A stretch of 63,357 nt of DNA, counting the filler, from Choristocarpus tenellus KU-1152 (Eukaryota; Protista; Phaeophyceae), in the NCBI GenBank assembly GCA_964200185.2. It is 11 parts of 11 records of this genome, joined end to end, with 100 filler letters (N's around TTAATTAATTAA, not from the genome) between each part and the next. Parts side by side here need not be neighbours in the genome. Positions count along the whole stretch, not along the records: positions 52,079 to 55,759 come from CAXNAD020018543.1; positions 55,860 to 59,893 come from CAXNAD020016566.1; positions 59,994 to 63,357 come from CAXNAD020020518.1; 8 more parts are not named here. One strand, 5' to 3'. The notes below the pieces were generated by a model. The model saw only the letters and a list, made by a program, of their open reading frames with translations, ran no database searches and was not told the origin of the DNA. Position 1 is the first letter of the stretch, and every line of letters begins with the position of its first letter. Below, piece by piece: positions 52,112-63,357 of this stretch. A program made the position numbers and the translations under genes.

Positions 52112-52290
52112 GACCCAAAGTATCTGCGGGAGGGGGGGGGGTCTGCACCAGGGTGTCCATTTGGCCCATAACCAGGAAAGGTGCACTTACATTATCCATC
52201 CGATGTATGAAACCGAATCACCTAAAAATCGCAAGATGAAAAAGTTGGCCCCAAATGGACAGCCACCACCCCTCCCAGATACTTTGAGCC
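52112..52290 (-). mobile_element. MITE family B, full copy
   Basis: Both TIRs; 3-bp TSD ATT. Confidence 0.92.
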
Positions 52291-53886
52291 ATTGCCCTGG
52301 AGCATCAGTACCAGTACACATTTCTCCATATTGTCCTGGAACTCCTTCAGCATGCAACCAAATTTCCAACTCCAGGTGTAACTTTGTTCTCTTCTTGAAG
52401 TTTCAGCATATCATCTCCATCGCAAAAAATGTATGCTTCATTTGTTTCAAACCATAGGTGTTTTTAAGAAACAATCTTTGTACCTGTCACTAGTGGTGGC
52501 CGTATGAGTTGAGGCTTAGAGGCAGGCACCAAAACTTTCAAACATGGAGTATCTTACCACAGCAATGGAGAATAATGCGCAAAATACACAACACATGTTT
52601 GCTCCAAAGAAGTGACTGGTTGTGCAATCATCGTGCTGATATTGCCTGAAATACGCAATTGCATATTGAACTCAAGTAGCACTTTACATTCATTCCTCAT
52701 CCTCCATTCCCAATTTTTGTACTGAAGGACAGGCTCTTGAATAGAAAATAAGTGTGGAGGTATGGAGTATTGTGTTTGAAAGTCCCCGTCTCCTCCCTCC
52801 CTGCCCTTTGTCATATTGTGCAATTCATTGATCAACTTGGATCTCGCAGTTGGTCTGGGGTAAAAAAATTCCAAAGAATGGGACTACATTCATCTACCAA
52901 ACCTACAACGGCATTAATTATCCCCCCCCTTCCCCCACCCACAAGCTGGCATTGGCTTGAGATTAGTTGTCTCAAGATTGGTTGGTATGCAGCACCTGAA
53001 GACTCAAATCAAAGAATTGAACCAGTTATATGTGTTAGAAAAAAAAAAAATCATTATGCTACACACAAGAGTTGCTCGGTATATATAGTCCTCTCATTAC
53101 ATTTTCCCTTGAAAGATGTATACAACATTGCTAAGTTCTTTCCCTACTGAAATAAATCCACATGTGTTGCTTTGAAACATTTTTTTGAATTGGGTGATAT
53201 TTGCTACCTATTTTTCTGACCTATGCACACAGCAGGTGGATTTCGTCTTGCTTTTGGCCGACCTATGCTTCGGCGTTGTGACGCAGAAAACTAGGAGAAA
53301 AACACCTGCGAGTGAAAATTGTGCAGCACCTGATGGGCCTGCATTTTCCTTCTCATCGTAAAATAAAATAAAGTAAAATATCAGGAAACGGAGCCCTAAC
53401 AAACCTAAGACAGAAACACTATGGCATACCCTGCTCACATGGAACGCCCTTCAGGGGGAGAGGCGTGTAAGGGGGAGGGGAGGCGATTCTAACTAACGAA
53501 GAGACTCCTCGACGTGGAGTGTCCCCAGCATAAACCAATACAATGCAGTAGTACATATTTTAACGCACCACCAAGTGGAAGCTCTCTTCCTTTCGCTAAA
53601 ATCAACACAGATGCTAACCTATACTGTACCTAATACTTGATTACCTAGGAAAAGGCAAGGTCCATTATTGTTTATAATGGCGTAGGCGAAGGCAACAATT
53701 TAAACTCGACTCTGACGTCTGGAACTCAGGCAGCACCTGGTTCATCCCCCCTTATATAATCTGGAATTTCGTTCCTTTTAGAAGCAAGTGCCGTAGTACT
53801 TGAACTGCCAGCTCGTTGCCAAATCAGTAATAATATCGAACCAAGGGGACGACAAAAAGGTTACGGTCCGCATTACCGCCACTTAC

Positions 53887-54366
53887 CCCTTGTCCCCACC
53901 CCCGCTCGTCTCCCTCCACCCATATCCTCATCAAAGGACCTAGGTTCACCAGCTCCACTGGCAGAGGTTTTCTTGGCCCCTGCTGCGGACCCCACAGGGG
54001 CTGCCTCTACCAATGGGTCGCTTTTCTCCACAGAAATTGCCTTCCCTTCTTTTCCCCTCCGACCATGACCCAAACCTAGAACACCTTGACGAAGTCTCCT
54101 TTGCCGTTCCACAGCCTTGGGAGTAAGACCGAAGAAAATGCCCCCCGCTGCTGTTGATGAGAGTGTGGTTGAGCCGCCTTTCCTTCGGCTTACTTCCCCT
54201 CCACGCACCCCTGGGTAACCTGCGACCCTCGTTGTTCTTCCAATTTCACCCTCATCTTCACCCTCAGTGCCACTGCTCATGTGTCCATCCGTCTGATCAC
54301 TGTTTCCACCACTGCTTGCGTACCCGCTCGTGAAGTCCATTCCCAGCACCAACGCCCCAACGCCCT
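53887..54366 (-). CDS. Probable Gly/Ser-rich low-complexity exon of an unknown gene
   Basis: Long open frame (EGVGALVLGMDFTSGYASSGG...GVGTR) ending at a GTAAGT donor at 53886-53881. A phase-compatible candidate next exon lies at ~53338-53221. Confidence 0.5.
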
Positions 54367-57300
54367 CTTGTGAGTGTAACATAGAAGGACACAGAAGGTT
54401 CAAGGTTGAATTCCTTATTGTTGCTGATAAAATTTCGATTGGTTTCAGCCAACTCCACCATCCATAATGATGCGCAATGACTTTCTCTCCCGAGATTGCC
54501 CCCCTTGACCCCGGTCCTGAACAAGACAGCAGACCCTCGCACAAGCGAGGGTGAAGACTGAATAGAGAAGATACAATTGATGGCACAATGGAAAAGGCGT
54601 ATTTTGATTATCCGTTCTCTTTTCCGATACGCACTTTTTCAAATCCCACATAAATGATATTTTTGAACCAATAATACGGCGTCGTTCTGCAGAGGTCTGA
54701 TGGATTTCGATTATCTTATTCATTTATCTCCATCTAATTATTTAATTCATCAAAAAGAGTACGAGCTCATCCATTGATTTCATGTTGTTTTGAACTAGAT
54801 CTCTCTCGAAGTTTTGACAAATAATCTCCATTGGACACCTTATGATGAATAGGGTATTGGAGAGGGGGTGAGGGTGAGACCTGATGTTTTTTTAAAGGCT
54901 TTTCACCACACTACTAAACTAAACAAGTTCCATCCACTACCTTTCCCACAATTATTTATCCAGGGTTATTATGTCTACTAGATATTGAACCAGTCCATTT
55001 CCATAGTCCAGTCGATATTTTACGATCCATGTCCAGTGCATCAGTCTATCTTTTTCCCTTGCATGTCGGAACCATGGGCATCAAGCAGTTCAATTTTTTT
55101 TCTGGTGTATCCAGACCATGTCAAGTACTTGTTCTTCAAGCTCATCTGTCAGTTTCGTTTGGTCTTTCCATTCGAACAATAAAATTGTGTGCAGGACATT
55201 GAAGGTTAATGCCCCCCCCCCCCCCCCCCCCGCCCACACCACGACCTGCCCTAACCGCACTGTAGATTNNNNNNNNNNTTGTCTGGAAAACGAAAAATTT
55301 ATCCCCCCCCCCCCCCCCCCCACAGATCACAAATCACCTTAGACACCTATTATGTACTTCTCTTAACTGAATAATTTTCATAGTTAAAATAGTAAAGTTA
55401 AAGTTTATGAAGTAATCTGAGTTTTGTGGGCGGAAGAATTCTGGTTGACTGGGGGCGCAGGACAAGGAAGGGAGGGTAGTAGAGAAAAAAAGAAGTAATC
55501 AGGAAGGGAACGAATAGTTAAGGAATGACTGGCTAAGAGAGGGGGAAGAAACGTTAAAAGAAATAAGTGGTAGGAAGAGGGATGGGGAAGAAAGGATCAG
55601 TATCTGATAAGAGAACTGATAACCAGGGGTACAGGACAAGGAAGGCAAGAACAAGACAACCTCCGAGCAAGCTTTCCCGCCCACCCACCCTGTCTCTTGC
55701 TCACGACCAATGGGAACACTGGGAAAGGGGGGGGGGTGTCAAGTTTGGGTGGGGTAGATNNNNNNNNNNNNNNNNNNNNNNNNNNNNNNNNNNNNNNNNN
55801 NNNTTAATTAATTAANNNNNNNNNNNNNNNNNNNNNNNNNNNNNNNNNNNNNNNNNNNNGGTATTATCGGTCAGAAAGCGAGGCGGAAGATGGAAAGGCT
55901 GTGAAAGAAAGGGATAAATAAGTGGGGGTTGGAAGGGGGTATGATGACAGTTACGGATATCCACCAATTGACGCGAGCTTCCCTGTAGGTGGCGGCTGAG
56001 GACAAAACAAGGACCACATGTGTGTTGTCTGTGTGTGTGTGTGTGTCTTGGATGACTGTTGTCTTAGATGTGACTGTTTGGTACATACTTCTTTTGGTGT
56101 ATCTGAGGACAGGTTACAGACAGGTTGGCTTTTGTTCAACGGTACTAACAAAATTCTAGTATTTGAATATCGATGCTTAGTACCGCCGCCTCTATCGGAT
56201 TGTTTTTATTTGTAACCCTAACCCTATTGAAGTAGTGCTTCACTGCTTACTGTTACTTTTTTGTTTTTATTGTTACTACTACTTCGACTGGAGATGTCTT
56301 TCTAGTTGACTTCAATTGAATGAGAACATCTGTTCCAAATTAGATTAATATATGTATTGTAAATGTTCTGTTTAAAAAAAAATAATAAACAAGGTTACGT
56401 AAATGTATGCATTTTAGTTGTTAGTGTTTCTGTGCAAGTACATTGATGTTCCGCTCTCTGTGTGCGCCTGCCGAACTCAACCATACGGAAACTTCCTATA
56501 ACTTTACTGTTCTATTTTTGAAATTAAATGTGTGGTTATTTTATTTTTGTAATTGTAATTGTTCTTATCGCGATCGCTGTATTTACACTTTGCATTTATA
56601 TTTATTTTTATTCATGTTTAATTATTATTATTTTGCCGATGGGGGATAGAAGAAGCAATTGAGCACAAGAGAATAAAAAAATAAGGAAAAGCGTCTTATC
56701 TTTTATCACATTTTTTTGAAAATCCTAACATTTAAAAAAAAAAAAAACAATTCCAAAAGTAGCTCTTTTGAATTTAAAACTTGTTTTTTTTTTTCTTGTC
56801 TTTAATTTTTGTAATTGTTCTGATCTTACTTCTCGACTCAAATCTTTCATTACTTTCATACATAGAGCAGATTCCTCTAAGCGTGTTTCTAAGTGGTTGT
56901 CTCACTGCTCTCGACATTTCCATTGCCAATAGTTTCTTTCCTCTGTTTTGAAAAAAGTAATCCCATCCATATTTTTATATTTTTGAAAACTTGAACGCTC
57001 TTCTATTTAAAAAAAAAGAAAAAAAGAAATGGTGCATTCCGATCATTTTTTGTTTCTGTATATTTCGGTTACACGAAAGCTACTTCTAACCCTAACCCCC
57101 GACTGCACTCACAAATGCGATGGTTAAAATATTGTGTCCATTGCCATCATGTAGATCTGACCTGCACCATTTTTTTTTTCTCATTCATTGTAGCAAACAG
57201 AGAAGAAGAAACCCTAACCCTAACATATCAAACAGAAAGTACATAGTACAGCATCATACGCAAAACATACAGTATATAAAAAACATACAGTATATAAATT

Positions 57301-60125
57301 ATGTACGGCTTAGACCAGAGGGGACACTTTCATTCCCTTCCCGGAGTACCCCTCACCAGTCGTGTCACACCGCCCTGCCGTAGTTTTTTTTTTAATGTTT
57401 CTCCATGTCATGTATCCATTGTTCGGCAGCAGTAGGAACAGGGGCCTAAAACAATTCAGAATATTTTTTCTTTTTATCTGATTTTTTTTTCTAAAAAAAC
57501 GGATGCAATTTTTTTTTTTTATCCCTCGTTCATTTTGGGTCATTAATTTTTTTTTTTAATGCGGAACGGCACCCCAAGCCAGTTTCGATCGTCTCTTTTT
57601 TTTTTATCCTCCCCGAAAAGAAAAAGGAATAAATCGGGTTTACCGGCTCTTTGTTTTCGTCTCCTAGGATGGAAGAGCATTTATTGGATAGGGATTGATT
57701 GACTGCACTGGTATGACTGCACTGGAGTGCTCCGAATGACCTTCTTGAGAGGAAGAGATTGATATTTTGCTGGGCTCCTTTGGGCAATACTTGGAAGGAA
57801 GGTTGTACAATTGAAAATTGCACCATAATATGTATCCCCCCCCCCCCGCCTCCGTCCCCACCAGTAACACTATTATTATGTTAAGCTGTCCTTGACGATC
57901 TGTTGTCCCAGACAACCGTTTCTATTATTTATTTATTGTTTATTAGCTTGAATCACAGTTGAGAAGAGAGTGAGAGATACCTTACATACCTTACATACCT
58001 TCACTTGGAGGGTCTCACCGATCCTTACATTGAATGACTCAGAATACGAACTAAATGACTCAACCGTTCTGTAGTACTCGTCAGAAACAATCCGACTCTT
58101 ACAACAGTCCGCCGATTGCTTTAAGGTCAAGTGATACCCCCTCCCTAACCCCTAAGTATCCCCCGAATGTCCTACATCATCGTCTGTACGTACACATCAA
58201 AATAATACTTCAAATCAAATTAATTCATATTCTCCACAAATGGTCAAGCATAATCTTGACAAATTAATATCGTTGTTAGACCGGAATGAACATAGTCGAG
58301 ATTGGAATTAAAAAAAATGGGAAAAAAAAAAAATGGGGTTTGGGTTCAATAGGTTGTGTGTGTGTGTGTGTGTGTGTGTGTACTCTTGAGCATGTAGGGG
58401 GGTTGCTCCCTGTCAGCTCCGATTGAGTTTTCCGTGCAGAATTTGTATGACAAGAGGCGTGTTTCACAACAACAGCAAAAGAAAAAACGACGGTCAGGTG
58501 TTTTGATTGGCAGCATTAGTGATGGTCAGTCATGGTCAGGCGGTCACTTCAGTGTGAAGGGAGGCGTTTGGTAGGCAAACAAAAAGGAGTTTGTATAGAT
58601 GGAACGCGTTCTTCACCGATGTACCCAATCAGCTCGCAGCTCTCGATCGTGTATGTCAGTTCTGTCACCACTATCTGAACGCTCTGTTGTTGTTTTTTTA
58701 AGATCAATTTATTTTTATTTATTTTGGGTTGGGAGGGGAGGGGAGGGGAGGGGTTTATCTTTTTGTCATCCTCTGCTATTAATTGTAGTACTTGAAAGAT
58801 GCTTTTGTTTTGGAAATATAATAGGTTAGGGTTAGGGTTAATTGTGTTGACAATACAAAAGGGTACATACAACTCCTTTTAGTGTGAATACACACATATT
58901 GTTTATTTTTATTGTCATGTATAACCCCCCCCCCCCCCCCCCCCCCTCCCCTCCCCTACTTGTGTCTCCGGGGTCTTTTCTCTTTTTTTTATCTTTTAAT
59001 ATATTTTTTTTTTTTTCTTGTCACCCCCCCCCCCCCCCCCCCCCATTTACCCAGTACTTTGTGGCAGAGGGATCTATATATATATATTTAATATATATAT
59101 AGATATAGTGTTTTTTCAGACAGGGTACACCCTTTCTGAGACAACAATTATGTCCCGTTGATCATCCCGTGTATACAGCGATCAAGTGAAACTGTCAAAC
59201 AAAAGTCATTCAAAGCAATATGTAACTGACACTTCCATATCTTACTCCAAAAAAATGTTCCTGCTCAATTGTCTTGTTGGTAGAGAGTCCGTAACATAAG
59301 CAGGATGTAACACGACACCATTTACCTCAGAGGGTGTATCTATCTATCCAATCAGGGTTGTAACACAGGGTTCAGTTTATGCCAGCCCTCCCATCCTACC
59401 GAAAAAATAAATGAATAAATAAATAAAATGTAAAAAAGAGCCAGTGTGTAAAATTACACGGGACTGTATTGCAGTAGATGAGTCGTACCAGTGACAGTAT
59501 AAGGTAATCATACCTTGTTCTTGTCAGTGTATAACAATCCTGATACTTACAACCCTCTAGTGGGTCTTGACCTATAACCCTATTACAAATAAAATAATAA
59601 TAAGAAATCCACCCTATTTACCCCCCATCCCGTCCTGTCCCCATTTTATTACTAAAAACAGAAGCACAAAAAAACGAAAACCTCTCATGACCACGTAGCT
59701 TTTTATTATGTCGATTCATTTCCTCAAAAAAAAAAAAAAATGTCAAATAGGAGGGATGATCTCCAAGTCCTCGCCCACGCGAGAGCTGATAATCTTAGAA
59801 TGAGGAGAGGACACATGCAGACTCAACAAAACAAAGACTCCGTAAGGCGGTTGGGTAACAGGGGGGGAGGGCAGAGCAAAGGCGGCGGGAGGGNNNNNNN
59901 NNNNNNNNNNNNNNNNNNNNNNNNNNNNNNNNNNNNNTTAATTAATTAANNNNNNNNNNNNNNNNNNNNNNNNNNNNNNNNNNNNNNNNNNNNCAAACAG
60001 ACCACCTCTCGAACTTGAATGTCATAATGGTGTTTATGAAACCGCCATCAAGACATATCGCCTGTGACAGATACACATGTTGGTGCAATGCCTCAGGTGG
60101 GACATAATCTCATTATCCTCTAGAA

Positions 60126-60305
60126 GGCTCGAAGTATCTGTGGGGGGGTGGTGGCTGTCCGTTTGGGGCCATTTTTTTTATATCACGATTTTTGGGTGAT
60201 TTGGTTGAATACGTCAGATGGATAATGTAAGTGCACTTTTCCTGGTTATAACCCAAAATGGACACCTCGGTGCAGATCCTTCCCCCCCCCCAGCTGCTTT
60301 GGGTG
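60126..60305 (+). mobile_element. MITE family B, full copy
   Basis: Both TIRs; TSD AGAA. Confidence 0.9.
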
Positions 60306-60511
60306 AGAAACTTCTACTAGTGGACAATAGCAAGTAATGGTCAAGCTTGCAGGCATGGCAAGACCGACATCGAGTGTGCAATCTGTAGCCAAAAGTGCAC
60401 CGTGAAATATGAGAGATGACATAGCCACTTCAGAAACCTCTCAGAGGTGGTCCCTCCGAAGTGCGATTACAGGTGCGATCTTTGTCTCTGGGGGGTTCCT
60501 TACAATGCCAA

Positions 60512-60695
60512 GACTCAAAGTATCTGTGGGGGAGAGGGGGGGGGTCTACACCAGGGTGTCCATCCGGGCTCTAACCACCAAAAGTGCAATTACATTATCC
60601 AACCGAAGCATACAGCCAAATCACCCAAAAATCTCTTCATGGAAAAATGGGGCCCGAATGGACAGATGCCACCCCCCCCCCAGATACTTTGGGTC
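60512..60695 (-). mobile_element. MITE family B, full copy
   Basis: Both TIRs; TSD CCAA. Confidence 0.92.
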
Positions 60696-61267
60696 CCAAT
60701 TCGAAGCACACATATTGATGTTCTTCGTGAACCTATATGATGCCAACCCCTCTCAGCCAAAGAGTACTAGATGAACGGAAGGGAGAGCGTATGAAAGTTG
60801 AATGGGTAGAGTGTCCTGGTGTAGGGCTGTTGTCTGTTGTGGGACTGCTGTGCCGCGTTGGTGGTCCTGTGCTGTCCATTTCAAATTTCGAACAAGAGAG
60901 GGTGAATAGAGGTATATGGATAAGGATAAGGATGAGGAAATGAAATAACCAAATTGAAAAATGTTGGTTTTGAAGTGACTGATCGTGATTTAGGGGGTAT
61001 CCCGAGCAAACTGTTCGCAAGGCTTCCGATTCTCACCAAATGTTGGTAAGGTCAGCACAAGTGTCCAGTGCAAACACCCTGATCCTGTAGTCGAAGGATT
61101 CGATAATCAAAATCAGATTTGGCTAAAACTGAATTCTGAGGACGAGCGGGTGCGCACACTTGCAAGAGTACCGACCGAGCCGAACTATCTATGTCGACAT
61201 AAGGATGCTCACACAAGGAGTACCTAAATTTAGAAATGGGTAAAAAAAGGTGGGTATTTGGAAACGA

Positions 61268-61339
61268 TGACCCTGACGAGATTCGGATTCGCAGCCGTCA
61301 GGTCCGGAATCTGACGTTCTACCATTGCGCCACAGAGTC
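61268..61339 (-). tRNA. tRNA-Trp-derived probable pseudogene (anticodon now reads CCG)
   Basis: GACTCTG TG GCGC AATGGTA GAAC G TCAGA TTCCGGA CCTGA CGGCT GCGAA TCCGAAT CTCGT CAGGGTC A. This is a 72-nt cloverleaf with a Trp-like body, mismatches in the D, anticodon and T stems, and a TCCGAAT T-loop. Confidence 0.8.
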
Positions 61340-62004
61340 GATGCTATTTGAAAATGTCCCTACAACAGAAAACAGGTAGGAAATAGACTAAAACATTGTA
61401 TTGCACCATCACATTTTGTCCATTTACCCGTGTTTTACAGGTTCTATGACCGAAGAAGTCATTAACAATAGTAGGTAAATAATGCTACTCCCAAACCACC
61501 TTACTACACACTGGCTTCTTCCACGCGTAGCGTGCACTTCTGTATGTCCAAAATGCTTATTCACATGGGAGTGTCATGTGCATATCAAACCTATTATTGT
61601 ATTGTTGTACTTCACTATTACACAGTAATTAATAACGGTAATTACTGCTATTACCACTAACTACCATCTTTTAATTAGTCTGAGGCCTCTTCTGACCTGT
61701 GATGAAAGGTATTGAGGAGGAGAGCACATTTAAACGGTAACATAAAATCAAGAAAAAAGAAACGTGGCAGCACAAACGTCTTGGTCGTGTCCGCTTTGCC
61801 CTCCCCTTGAACGTGCATGCAGTATGAGGAATCAGTCAAGCTATGAACGCGATTTTATTGAATCATATCTGATAGATGATCTAATGAATTTGTCACAGCG
61901 AAGTTTTCCCCATCTTACAATAATATACTCACCACTTCATGACTTACACAGGTCAAACTAGAGGTAAATTAAATCAATCTTTGACAACCAACTCACAAAG
62001 CAAC

Positions 62005-62319
62005 ATGTCTGCACATGACAAGTGCGGGAAGGGACTGGGTAAGGGTGGTGCCAAGCGCCGCCGTAAGGTTCTTCAGGACAACATCCAGGGTATCAATAAA
62101 CCCGCTATCTGTTGTCTGGCACACACGTCTGGGGTGTGTGAAGCGAATCTCGAACCTTATCTATGAAGAGACTCGTGGTGTCCTGAAGGTGTTCCTTGAG
62201 AACATGATTCGTGACTCGGTGACCTACACCGAGCATGCTCGCTGCAAGACTGTCACTGCTATGGATGTGGTGTATGCCCTGAAGCGTCGGGGTCGACCCT
62301 CTATGGTTTCGGCGGCTAA
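62005..62319 (+). pseudogene. H4: Histone H4 pseudogene
   Basis: [39 protein letters not shown] / [50 protein letters not shown] / TLYGFGG*. Net +4 frameshift near 62125-62140, -1 near 62295, and many substitutions at invariant residues. Confidence 0.95.
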
Positions 62320-62387
62320 GATCCAATAGGACGTCTTCAAGCTGTTGGATTGGTTGAGCCCCTCTGTTGGACCAGATCACCACAACT

Positions 62388-62408
62388 AGTGTTTTCTCGA
62401 CACCACCC
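62388..62408 (+). promoter_or_regulatory. Degenerate histone 3' stem-loop
   Basis: AGTGTT-TTCTC-GACACC followed by ACCC, about 70 nt after the H4 stop. Confidence 0.5.
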
Positions 62409-63243
62409 TTATCCAAAAGATGCCTTTTGAAAATGACTGGTCTAAAATATGTTTCTTCAATCATAGCTGTTTGTCATTCTTCAATGATTGTCGCATGATG
62501 TATGCCTTGCAGAGACGTACAAGGTAAACAGCACTAAATATCAGTATTCCAATTATCCAAATATGGCTAATCCTATCAACATCATCAGATAGTAGGAGTA
62601 GCGTACATTAACAGGGTCTTAAGATGAAGCAAAGGACTACAGGTGCTTACAGATCTAACTATACATAAGTGACAAGGTGAAGGTCCTATTCCTACATTCA
62701 AATCAACAAACTTGATTAGAAAAATTTTGGATCAGGCGAAAAGATGATAGAGAAGAAGAAAATAGCGATTTTGGGTAAATCCATCATATCAAGGAGGGAA
62801 AATTAGAACCATAATTTTTATTAAATATGGCTCATACTAGAAACAGTCTATGGTTTCACCAAAATTATAAATACTGTCACTAACAACTAGTGTTCATGAC
62901 AAGAAAAAATGACAACTTAACTTAACCAGGTATGGAGAGAAGTTCCAATTAATCGGATTGAAATGCCAGCGTGCAAGGCGACCTGAGGAAAAAACTCCCA
63001 AGTCCTCCCCAAGTCTCACTACGCAGATCCCAACCCTTGAACAGTGAGTGGAGTATGTAGTGAGTTGTGGATACTTCTACCTTGTGAAGAAAATGTGTTT
63101 TTCTGACCTCTGACACGTTCAGTGGTCACCTTTATGCTTGTATTGCAACAAAAACCCTCGAATAACCGAACTTCTTCAGTTCAGTTGTATGGATATTCCA
63201 ACTAATCAAACTGTCACCATTCACAACACTAATAACAGCATCA

Positions 63244-63357
63244 GAGCCAAAGTATCTTAGAGGGTAGGGTCGCATCCATTTTGGGGCCAAAATACAATGT
63301 TGCGATTTCAATGTAGTTTTGGCTATCATGTTTGTTAGGGGTCAAAGTATCTGGGGG
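63244..63357 (-). mobile_element. MITE family A interrupted by a B/C terminus at 63338
   Basis: A sequence spans 63244-63337, then GGGTCAAAGTATCTGGGGG begins. Confidence 0.88.

Noticed and set aside
55860-59893. Genes in the low-complexity contig
   Set aside because: It is dominated by homopolymers and microsatellites, and the ORFs have no recognisable motifs. It is probably intronic.
61268-61339. Codon reassignment (CGG read as Trp)
   Set aside because: This is a single structurally damaged copy, with no supporting evidence from coding exons.
62005-62329. Novel divergent H4 variant
   Set aside because: Two frameshifts and CpG-type loss of invariant arginines indicate a pseudogene.

Overview
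This is eukaryotic, intron-rich, repeat-dense DNA. TTAGGG hexamers, short GT-AG exons and the transposon repertoire resemble stramenopile or brown-algal genomes, but that taxon call is inference. The window is not contiguous: 11 small contigs are joined by ten identical artificial 100-bp linkers (N44-TTAATTAATTAA-N44), so adjacency across linkers means nothing. The dominant feature is about 30 copies of related MITEs (families A, B, C, E) with GRSTCAAAGTA(TCT)-type termini and 3-4 bp target-site duplications (Sola2-like). Genes: one complete 5-exon DUF6940-like gene, the first two exons of a cNMP-binding protein, the last exons of an IQ+WW protein, Tudor-like exons, a histone H4 pseudogene and a tRNA-Trp-derived pseudogene. 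Decayed mariner, copia, CRE, RTE, possibly gypsy and possibly KDZ fragments are present. The most unusual locus is contig 35111-44468: a decayed gene with a ParB/Srx-like NGQHR motif, directly next to a 5 x ~230-bp palindrome-containing array, with a 77-bp array and a possible viral-type PD-(D/E)XK nuclease remnant further along.
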